From assembly GCA_963821525.1 (NCBI GenBank), contig CAWGED010000019.1, positions 1-64,000 on the forward strand: a stretch of 64,000 bases of DNA, read 5' to 3'. The notes beneath the pieces were generated by a model that saw only the letters and a program-made list of their open reading frames with translations, was not told where the DNA came from and made no database searches. The stretch is from an uncultured Gemmatimonadales bacterium. GTDB lineage: Bacteria; Gemmatimonadota; Gemmatimonadetes; Gemmatimonadales; GWC2-71-9. Position 1 is the stretch's first letter; the number at the start of each line of letters is the position of its first letter. This document shows, piece by piece, positions 56,310-64,000 of the stretch. Both the position numbers and the translations under genes were made by a program.

Positions 56310-57011
56310 TTACAGCAACCCTTCTCTCGCCATGCTGCCCACGATTTCGTGGGCGAACCCTTCAAGCTCACCGGCGAACAAGCCGATCCGGTTCACATAC
56401 GCATTGTACGCAATCACCGCCGGGATGGCAGCCGCCAGACCCGCCACAGTGGTGACGAGCGCTTCGGCGACGCCGGGCGCCACCGCCGAGAGGTTACCTG
56501 AGCCCTTGGACGCAATGCCGATGAACGCGTCCATGACGCCCAGCACGGTGCCCAGCAGACCGAGCAGTGGGCTCACGGAACCGATGGTGGCCAGCCAGGA
56601 GACGAACCGCGCCATCAGGTCCCGCTCCGCGGCCACCTCCTTCCCCAGGACCATTTTCAGGGCTTCGACCTGAGTGCTCGTCAGGGTGACCCGGCTCGCC
56701 TCGTCCTTGAGCCCACCGGGACGCAACTCGGAATAGAAGTTGAGCGACTCGCGAAACAGGCGGTTATAGGGCGAGGGCGGCAGCTTCATCACGGCATGGT
56801 AGGCATCCGTCAGGCGAGTGGTCCGCTCCAGCTCGGAGAAGAAGCGATCCGCCTGCTTCTTGAGCCGGCGGAACTGCCACCATTTGAGCCCGATGATAAA
56901 CCAGGAGATCAGCGAGAAGGCTGCGGTGATGGCCAGGACAACTTTGGTTTCGACACTGCTGGTGAGGACCAGGTCCCACGCGGAGGAAAGCGACGGTCCG
57001 GTCTGCTGCAT
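56310..57011 (-). CDS. tolQ: TolQ/ExbB
   Basis: SPLLGLLGTVLG, VAPGVAEALVTT, AIPAVIAYN. Confidence 0.9.
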   Translation of the reverse strand: MQQTGPSLSSAWDLVLTSSVETKVVLAITAAFSLISWFIIGLKWWQFRRLKKQADRFFSELERTTRLTDAYHAVMKLPPSPYNRLFRESLNFYSELRPGGLKDEASRVTLTSTQVEALKMVLGKEVAAERDLMARFVSWLATIGSVSPLLGLLGTVLGVMDAFIGIASKGSGNLSAVAPGVAEALVTTVAGLAAAIPAVIAYNAYVNRIGLFAGELEGFAHEIVGSMAREGLL

Positions 57012-57958
57012 CAGGGGGCTCCCTGCTTGAACCAGTTGACGAGTTGTTCGAGGCCGTCCTCGAAACGATGAACGGGCGTCCAGCGAAGTCCGTTACGTGC
57101 CTTGTCGATCACCAGTGAGTTGCGGCGCAATTCTCCCGGCCGCGGCGGGGCGAACTCCAGATCGGGCTTGCGGCCGACGATCTTTCCAACCGCCTCGGCC
57201 AGCTCGAGCACATTGCGTTGAATGCCGGTGGCGATGTTGAAGGCGGTGCTGTCGAGATCGCCTTGGGCCACCTGTGCGGTGGACGCGGCCAGATTCGCTC
57301 GCGCCACGTCCTGCACGAAAACGTAGTCCCGGGTCTGCAGCCCGTCTCCGAATACAGTGAGCGGCTGCCCGGCCAGGAGGCGTGAGGCGAAGATCGAAAT
57401 GACGCCCGCCTCCGACTTGGGGTCCTGACGCGGCCCGAAGACGTTCGCGTAGCGCAACGCCACCCGCTCGAACCCGTTCAGTTCTCCCAGGGTTCGGAGA
57501 TAGTACTCTCCCGACAGCTTGCTCACACCGTAGGGCGAAATCGGAAGCTTGGGGGCGCTTTCCGGCGTCGGGATGGTCTCCGGGTCGCCGTAGACGACAC
57601 CGCCGCTGCTGGCGAAGACCACCCGCTTCACCCCGCCCTCGGCGGCACCTTCAAGCAGGTTGATCAGCCCGACCAGGTTGATGCCGGCATCGTAGGACGG
57701 CTGGCTGACCGAGACTCGCACGTCGATCTGCGCCGCGTGGTGATTCATGACGTCGAAGCCACCCTTCGCGACCGTGGACCGCGCCTCGGGAGACCTGATG
57801 TCGGCCTTCACGAACTTGGCACCCTTGGGAACATTGCTCTGCTTGCCACGAGACAGATCGTCGAGGACTGTCACCTCCCATCCGGCGCGGAGGTGCTCCT
57901 CGGCAATGTGGGACCCGATGAACCCTGCTCCGCCGGTGATCAGTATCCGTCCGCTCAT
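57011..57958 (-). CDS. NAD-dependent epimerase/dehydratase (UDP-glucose 4-epimerase-like)
   Basis: TGGAGFIGSH, YGVSK, RYANVFGPRQ, TRDYVFV. Confidence 0.9.
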   Translation of the reverse strand: MSGRILITGGAGFIGSHIAEEHLRAGWEVTVLDDLSRGKQSNVPKGAKFVKADIRSPEARSTVAKGGFDVMNHHAAQIDVRVSVSQPSYDAGINLVGLINLLEGAAEGGVKRVVFASSGGVVYGDPETIPTPESAPKLPISPYGVSKLSGEYYLRTLGELNGFERVALRYANVFGPRQDPKSEAGVISIFASRLLAGQPLTVFGDGLQTRDYVFVQDVARANLAASTAQVAQGDLDSTAFNIATGIQRNVLELAEAVGKIVGRKPDLEFAPPRPGELRRNSLVIDKARNGLRWTPVHRFEDGLEQLVNWFKQGAP

Positions 57959-58013
57959 GCAGCTCCCTTTCCCCCGTTGGACTCCAGCTTGACTGGCGCA
58001 GAAACATAATGAC

Positions 58014-58043
58014 GACGAGGGGCGCCCGAGAGCGCCCCTCGTC
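58014..58043. terminator. hairpin, probable terminator
   Basis: gacgaggggcgc-ccgaga-gcgcccctcgtc. Confidence 0.7.
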
Positions 58044-58070
58044 AAGACTTGCGATCACCGGACCGGCCGA

Positions 58071-59284
58071 TCAGGACGGAAGCTTGGCGACCTGATGGAC
58101 TCCGGCGCCGGGCCGGATGTTGGGCTGGATGAGTTTCGCGATGCGGACGCTAGACGATTGCTCGCCGACGTGCACCACCTGCACCAGGGCCATGACCTCG
58201 TCGAGCGTTTCGGCCTCGCCCTGCGGAGCCTCGACATATCGCTTCGAAGAGCGGACTTCGAAAATGTCTCCGAGGTTTACCCCGTCCTTGCGGCCGCGAT
58301 CAATGAAGAGCACGTCGAGCGGACCCTTCAGCTGCTGCAGGTCCCGGCTCTGGATGACATGCCCCTGGACTCCATCCGAAATCGGCACGCTGCGGACGCT
58401 GCCCGGGTCCGGGAACTTCTCGGCCGGAAGGAGGAACTGATTGTTCAGAATCTGGGCGTACTGCTGAACCACGACTCCGACGTCCTCTGCCCCGCTCACA
58501 TCGGTGACCCGGACCAGACCGGTGGGCACGAGCACCAGGCCCCAGTCATTGATCTCGCGGTCGATGCGGACGATGAGGAGAGTATCGCCGACTTCATACT
58601 TCGCCCCTTCCGGCGGCCGGATCCCGACCTCGGAATAGATCCGCGCCCCTTTATGAGGAGACGAGGTGCTGATCTGCTGGGGAGTAACCGAGCCCAGCAG
58701 CTGACCGAAGGGAAGTTTCTGTTCCTCTGAGAGGAAACCGGAGCTATAGAACTCGTCCTCCCGAATGGGTCGGTAGAGCCGGCTGATTCCGCCTTCGATA
58801 CCGTTCTCCACTGTCCCGCTGCTGGTGGCCGAACAACGCGCTCAGGTCGTCGGCGTCACGCTCCGGCTGAGTGTCCTGCAGCTCGCCAACCTGAGCCTCG
58901 GCGAGGCCAGGCTCGGCCATGTTGGAATCCGCCGGAGCCCCCGCCATACCGGAATCGGGGGCCTGCCTCAGCCGACACCGGCGCGCCAGGTTCGGGCGGA
59001 ACCGGCGTATCCTCGGAAGGCACGGCGGCCACATCAGGCCCGCCTTGCAGTCTCAGGACCTCACCGGGGTAGATCCAGTGCGGATCTTCCACCACGTTGG
59101 TATTGAGCCGGTAGATCTCAGGCCAGAGGAAGGGATCGCCGAAATACTGGCGGGACAGGTCCCAAAGAGTGTCGCCCGGCCGGACCTCGTGAGAGTCGGG
59201 TCGGGGGGTCTGGGCCAGCACCGCGCTCGGCAGGGCCAGAGCGGCGACGACGGCGAAGAGGCGACTTGGGCTTGAGCCAGTCAT
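58071..59284 (-). CDS. secreted LysM peptidoglycan-binding protein (frameshifted)
   Basis: Signal peptide; [26 protein letters not shown]. Confidence 0.8.
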
Positions 59285-59532
59285 TTCACAACCCTCGCTT
59301 GATGTTCGTGGGGGCAAGCCAATATAGGCCAACTGCATCCAGCGCGCCACCTAGAGATCACACGAGGACAGTAACCGTAAAACGTTGGAGTTTAACCAGT
59401 TAACCAACATCAGCGAAAACCGGGGAACGCCGTTTGGCGGGATCGGATCCTTGGCAGCATGCCTTGATCCGCGTGCTTTAAGCGAGGGTCGGAGCCACCC
59501 GCCGGCGGACCGCACCGGCGGGTGTCCGGGCC

Positions 59533-60024
59533 TCAGAATGGCAGGTCGTCGTCCTCGGCGTCCAGGGCTTCGGGGAAGTCTTCGAAGCCTTCCTTGCCCT
59601 CCTTCTTGGGACCGGCCGCCGCGGCGGTGGCTCCCACCCGAGCCGGTGCCGACTCGGCCCCTGCTCCACCCTGTCGCCCCCCCAAGAGGATGATGTCCGA
59701 AGCCACGATTTCGGTGGTGTAGCGGGTCTGGCCTTCCCGATCCTGCCAGGAGCGATATTCGATCCGGCCTTCGACGTAGACCTTATCTCCCTTCTTGCAG
59801 AACTTTTCGGCGATATCGGCCAGGCCGGTACCCCGACTGTTGTTCCACAAGATGACCTTGTGCCACTCGGTCTTTTCCTGCTTGTCTCCTCCCTGACCAT
59901 TCCACTGGCGGCTGGTGGCTACCGACAGCGTCGCGACGCGGGTCCCGTTATTGGTGCTGCGCACCTCGGGGTCAGCGCCGAGGTTTCCGATCAGAATCAC
60001 TTTGTTCAGGCTGCGGCTGCTCAC
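59533..60024 (-). CDS. ssb: single-stranded DNA-binding protein
   Basis: LNKVILIGNLGADPE, TEWH, C-terminal DDDLPF; GTG start 60024. Confidence 0.97.
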   Translation of the reverse strand: MSSRSLNKVILIGNLGADPEVRSTNNGTRVATLSVATSRQWNGQGGDKQEKTEWHKVILWNNSRGTGLADIAEKFCKKGDKVYVEGRIEYRSWQDREGQTRYTTEIVASDIILLGGRQGGAGAESAPARVGATAAAAGPKKEGKEGFEDFPEALDAEDDDLPF

Positions 60025-60131
60025 AGGAACCTCCACACTCAGGCGTGACGGGGAAGGATTGGCGGACGCCTCGACGCTAGCGGCAGGGCGGTCCTCCACA
60101 CTAACCAGAATCTACATCGGCGGTGGCACAT

Positions 60132-60590
60132 TCACGCAGAGGTGGGGAGCGGCAAGTGCAGAACCAGCGCGTCCTCCACCGGCTGCCGGTAATACCGCTG
60201 TCTGGCCCCGACGACCCGGAACCCGCTAGCCAAGTACATGGCCCGGGCGCCGGCATTCGACTCCCTGACCTCGAGAAAGACTTCCCGCCCTCCACGAAGT
60301 TGGAGTTCGCGGAGGCCCGCTTCAAGGAGTATCCTGCCCACCCCCCGGCGGCGATGGTCGGGATCTACCGCGAGGTTCAGCACTTCAGCCTCACCTGCCA
60401 CCAGGCGAGCCAGAAAGTATCCCTGAAGGTCCTTGCCCATAGCGGCCACAAGCCCGAAGCAGACCGGCGTGGACAGGACCTCACGAAATCCCTCGGCGCT
60501 CCACGGATCGCTGAAACAGCGACGCTCGAGGATGCTGAGGGTGGTCGAGTCAGCCGGAGACGCTGGCCGGATTCGGTAGCGGTCGTCCAT
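60132..60590 (-). CDS. rimI: ribosomal protein S18 alanine N-acetyltransferase
   Basis: FSDPWS, LNLAVDP..RRRGVG, LEVRESN, RYY..EDAL. Confidence 0.9.
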   Translation of the reverse strand: MDDRYRIRPASPADSTTLSILERRCFSDPWSAEGFREVLSTPVCFGLVAAMGKDLQGYFLARLVAGEAEVLNLAVDPDHRRRGVGRILLEAGLRELQLRGGREVFLEVRESNAGARAMYLASGFRVVGARQRYYRQPVEDALVLHLPLPTSA

Positions 60591-61227
60591 GGGTGCGTTC
60601 CCACTGCACCTGCGCCTCGGCGGGCCGGCCGTAGTCCGGCTCCCACCGTCGGGGGTCGCTAATCCGGCGGACTCCCCCTGATAAACCGATCAAGCGAAGC
60701 AACGTGGCAGCAGATGGCCAGACTGGAACTCCGTCCATCCGATCCGCGGCGGGGCCGGTTATCACCTCTGGTACCAGTCCGGAGGCGTTGAGATCGTCGG
60801 GCCGGTGGACCGAGGGTGCAAGGACTGTATCCACCCGGCTCGAGGTCACCCGGTAGGCGGCGGCAAAGACCTCACCTCGCAAGGCATCGCCAATAGCAAG
60901 CACAAGGCGACCGTCGTGCCCTGCCGCTGCGGCTGAGGAGAGCAGCGATGGGGTACTCCAGAGCGCGATCGGCTGGCTTTCCACCAGCCCCTTGGCGACG
61001 GCAGCACCGACCCTGAGCCCGGTGAAGCTGCCGGGTCCATCGGCAAGCACAATCGCTTCAATCTCGAGAAGACGAGCCCCCGCGCGGCGCAGGGTTTCAA
61101 GAATCGCGGGGAGGAGCTGCGACGCGTGACGCCGCGCGCCGGAGATTTCCTCCTCGGCAAGAACGGATCCGGGAAGACCGAGCGCAACGGAGGCACGATC
61201 GGTGGCCGTATCAATCGCCAGCCACAT
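60550..61227 (-). CDS. tsaB: t6A biosynthesis protein TsaB
   Basis: LAIDTA, GPGSFTGLRVG, DALRGEVF. Confidence 0.9.
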   Translation of the reverse strand: MWLAIDTATDRASVALGLPGSVLAEEEISGARRHASQLLPAILETLRRAGARLLEIEAIVLADGPGSFTGLRVGAAVAKGLVESQPIALWSTPSLLSSAAAAGHDGRLVLAIGDALRGEVFAAAYRVTSSRVDTVLAPSVHRPDDLNASGLVPEVITGPAADRMDGVPVWPSAATLLRLIGLSGGVRRISDPRRWEPDYGRPAEAQVQWERTHGRPLPNPASVSG

Positions 61228-61634
61228 CAGAGGCGCTCCAGACCGCGGCGCGCCGCGTCGGCGAGATGGTGGAGACGGAATCGGATGGTTGGAGTCGGCA
61301 CCCAGCCCGCGGCTTTCTCGGGCCACTCGACCAGAATGGCGTCGCCATCGGCGACGAGTCCCTGCCAGTCGAGATCCCGCGCTTCCTCCGAACTCCGGAG
61401 CCGATAGCAGTCGAGATGGTAGACGGGGCCGCGACGTCCCTCGTAGCGGTGCACGAGCGCATACGAGGGGCTGGTGGCGGGAAGGGTGACGCCGAGGCCG
61501 CGTGCGATGGCGCGAATGAAGGTGGTCTTGCCCGCGCCGAGGTCTCCCTCAAACGAGAGCACCGCTCCTGATGGAAGACTGCGGCCCAGCGCCTCACCCT
61601 CGGCGTCGAGGTCTGACTCGGACAGCTCCCGCAT
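61227..61634 (-). CDS. tsaE: t6A biosynthesis ATPase TsaE
   Basis: [25 protein letters not shown]. Confidence 0.93.
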   Translation of the reverse strand: MRELSESDLDAEGEALGRSLPSGAVLSFEGDLGAGKTTFIRAIARGLGVTLPATSPSYALVHRYEGRRGPVYHLDCYRLRSSEEARDLDWQGLVADGDAILVEWPEKAAGWVPTPTIRFRLHHLADAARRGLERL

Positions 61635-63718
61635 CAGGCGCGGCGGCGGCGGGCGGCGGCACCGGGCCTCCGCATCCGCGGCGCGGACTGTCCGGAGAAG
61701 CCGGTGCGCTGGACATCGGGGGCGTCGACCGCGCGCAGGTCGTTGAGCTGATCGCGAAGGACCGCGGCGATTTCAAACTCGAGGTTCGCGGCCGCTTCCT
61801 TCATCTGTCGCTCGAGCGCCGCGATGGCCTGGGCGCGCTTGGCCGGATCGTGGAGGTCGGCAACGGCGAGACTCTCGGTTCGGGGCGGTGGCTTCTCGGT
61901 ACGCGCGTCCGCCACCCGAGTCGTGAGCCGGACCTGTTCCATGGACTTCACGATCGAGCGCGGGGTGATGCCATGAACGCGATTGTGGTCCAGCTGCAGA
62001 CCGCGCCGGCGGCTCATTTCGGCCAGCGCGCGCTGCATGGAGCCGGTCATCCGGTCGGCGTAGAGAATTCCCCGACCATTGATATTGCGGGCGGCACGGC
62101 CGACGGTCTGAATCAGGGCGCGGTCGGAACGGAGAAATCCCTCCTGGTCGGCATCCAGAATGGCGACCAGCGAGACCTCCGGCAGGTCGAGGCCCTCCCG
62201 CAGCAGGTTGATTCCTACCAGGACGTCGAAGTCCCCCAGCCGAAGTCCTCGAAGGATTTCCATCCGCTCGATCGCGTCGATGTCGGAATGGAGATAGCGA
62301 ACCCGGACTCCGGTCTGCTGCAGGTAGTCGGTGAGGTCCTCCGACATCCGCTTGGTCAGAGTGGTGACCAGGACCCGCTCCCGCTGCTCGACCCGCTTTC
62401 GGATTTCGGCCAGAAGGTCGTCCACCTGGCCCTTCACCGGCCGGACTTCCACCTCGGGGTCCACCAATCCAGTGGGCCGAATGATCTGCTCTACTGCCAC
62501 TCCGCCGGAGAGACCCAGCTCGTACTCACCCGGAGTTGCCGAGAGCGAGATCATCTGGGGCACGAGGGTCATGAATTCGTCGAATGTCTGCGGCCGGTTA
62601 TCGAGCGCCGAAGGCAGACGGAAGCCGTACTCGACCAGCGTTTGCTTTCGGGCCCGGTCGCCGTTGTACATGCCGCCGATCTGGGGCAGCGAGACGTGTG
62701 ACTCGTCCACGACGACAAGGAACTCGGGTGGGAAATAGTCCAGGAGGCACGCGGGACGGTCCCCTTCTCTGCGCCCCGTCAGGTGGCGCGAGTAGTTCTC
62801 GATCCCTGCACAGGTCCCGACCTCCAGCATCATCTCGACATCGAAGGTCGTACGGGATTCAAGCCGCTGCGCTTCGAGCAGCTTTCCGGCTCCTCGGAGC
62901 ACCGCCAATCGCTCCGAAAGCTCCGCACGAATCGCCTTCACCGCCCGTTCGATGGTTGCGCGCTCGGTGACGAAGTGAGTCGCCGGGTAGACGGCGCAGC
63001 GGTCCAGAGTCGTGAGAGGCTCGCCGGTGATAGGGTGGACCTTGGTGATCCGTTCGATCACGTCTCCCCAGAACTCGACTCGGAGGGCCTGCTCGGAATA
63101 GGCCGGGAAGATCTCGACCGTGTCTCCCCGGACCCGGAAGGTTCCCTGCTCGAAGGAGACATCGTTCCGCTGGTACTGGATCCGAACCAGGTCGGCGAGG
63201 AGGCCGTCCCGTCCCATCGCCTCCCCCACCTTGGCGCTCATCATGAGTTTGCGATACTCGATCGGATCGCCTAGGCCGTAGATAGCACTCACCGTGGCAA
63301 CGATCACGACGTCGTCCCGCTCCATCAGGCTGGATGTCGCCCGGAGCCGCAGGCTCTCGAGATCCGCGTTGATCGAAGCGTCCTTCTCGATGTAAACGTC
63401 GGTCTGGGGGACGTATGCCTCGGGCTGGTAGTAGTCGTAGTAGGAGACGAAGTACTCCACCGCATTGCCAGGCAGGAACTGGCGGAGTTCCCCATACAGC
63501 TGCGCCGCCAGGGTCTTGTTATGAGAGAGGACCAGAGTAGGACGGCCGTAGTTCGCGAGGACGTGAGCCAGCGTCATCGTCTTGCCCGACCCCGTGACGC
63601 CGAGCAGAGTCTGATACCGGTCTCCCCGGTGCAGACCCTCGCTCAGGCTCTCGATGGCTTTCGGCTGATCTCCCGCCGGCTCGAAGGGAGCCACGACCTT
63701 GAAGGAGGGACTCGGCAT
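61634..63718 (-). CDS. uvrB: excinuclease ABC subunit B
   Basis: [40 protein letters not shown]; start at 63718. Confidence 0.98.
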   Translation of the reverse strand: MPSPSFKVVAPFEPAGDQPKAIESLSEGLHRGDRYQTLLGVTGSGKTMTLAHVLANYGRPTLVLSHNKTLAAQLYGELRQFLPGNAVEYFVSYYDYYQPEAYVPQTDVYIEKDASINADLESLRLRATSSLMERDDVVIVATVSAIYGLGDPIEYRKLMMSAKVGEAMGRDGLLADLVRIQYQRNDVSFEQGTFRVRGDTVEIFPAYSEQALRVEFWGDVIERITKVHPITGEPLTTLDRCAVYPATHFVTERATIERAVKAIRAELSERLAVLRGAGKLLEAQRLESRTTFDVEMMLEVGTCAGIENYSRHLTGRREGDRPACLLDYFPPEFLVVVDESHVSLPQIGGMYNGDRARKQTLVEYGFRLPSALDNRPQTFDEFMTLVPQMISLSATPGEYELGLSGGVAVEQIIRPTGLVDPEVEVRPVKGQVDDLLAEIRKRVEQRERVLVTTLTKRMSEDLTDYLQQTGVRVRYLHSDIDAIERMEILRGLRLGDFDVLVGINLLREGLDLPEVSLVAILDADQEGFLRSDRALIQTVGRAARNINGRGILYADRMTGSMQRALAEMSRRRGLQLDHNRVHGITPRSIVKSMEQVRLTTRVADARTEKPPPRTESLAVADLHDPAKRAQAIAALERQMKEAAANLEFEIAAVLRDQLNDLRAVDAPDVQRTGFSGQSAPRMRRPGAAARRRRA

Positions 63719-63725
63719 GGGGAGA

Positions 63726-63753
63726 AATATACCGTCTTCGGTGGATCTTCGGT
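63726..63753 (-). promoter_or_regulatory. uvrB -10 (TATATT) with adjacent ACCGAAGA-N3-ACCGAAGA direct repeat
   Basis: Plus-strand tcttcggt at 63735 and 63746 (11-bp period); TATATT 7 nt before ATG. Confidence 0.6.
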
Positions 63754-63758
63754 ACGGG

Positions 63759-64000
63759 CTACTTCCCTCCGCCGGGCAGGCCACCCATTTCCAGCAATCG
63801 TTTCCATTGAGCGGGAGTCACCGGCATCACCGAGAGCCGGCCCATCCGCACGAGGGCGAGATCCTTGAGCGAGGCCTCAGCCTTGACCTCCGCGAGTGTC
63901 ACCGGCCGTTCGAGGCGGCGCTCGGGTATCACATCGACGACCACATGCTTCGGATCGTCCTGCTTCGGGTCGGGATACGCCGCCTTGGCCACTTTCGCGA
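63759..64000 (-). CDS. EVE domain protein (5'-partial)
   Basis: [30 protein letters not shown]. Confidence 0.85.
   Translation of the reverse strand, partial: AKVAKAAYPDPKQDDPKHVVVDVIPERRLERPVTLAEVKAEASLKDLALVRMGRLSVMPVTPAQWKRLLEMGGLPGGGK

Overview
High-GC bacterial chromosome segment; gene content and order suggest Gemmatimonadota (inference, not a database result). Many single-base frameshifts hit essential genes (accB, accC, aroQ, polyprenyl synthase), so this is probably an error-prone long-read assembly, and gene splits or fusions need read-level confirmation. Bases 1-14.8 kb are an accessory surface-polysaccharide locus: methyltransferase, GT4 glycosyltransferases, a 1236-aa Wzy-Wzz-GT4 ORF, Wzx, a secreted unknown, AsnB and a UDP-sugar dehydrogenase. 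It is interrupted by two decayed copies of a foreign allele of the adjacent isocitrate-lyase-like gene. Bases 15-64 kb are housekeeping genes (hflX, rarA, cca, alaS, recX-recA, ftsK, accBC, pilT, aroQ, tatA, hutH, tol-pal, ssb, tsaBE, uvrB). Best leads: (1) an in-frame TatC-internal signal peptide-LptD polyprotein; (2) a CCGAA-N6-CCGAA direct repeat in both the recA and uvrB promoters (candidate SOS box); (3) icl-derived repeats bracketing polysaccharide genes; (4) a translationally coupled 55-aa Wzy remnant; (5) an ICL-like enzyme with an altered active-site loop under a Rex/CRP-type palindrome; (6) locus-specific heptamer-repeat hairpins and apparent leaderless genes. I saw no rRNA, tRNA, CRISPR array, integrase, transposase or reverse transcriptase.
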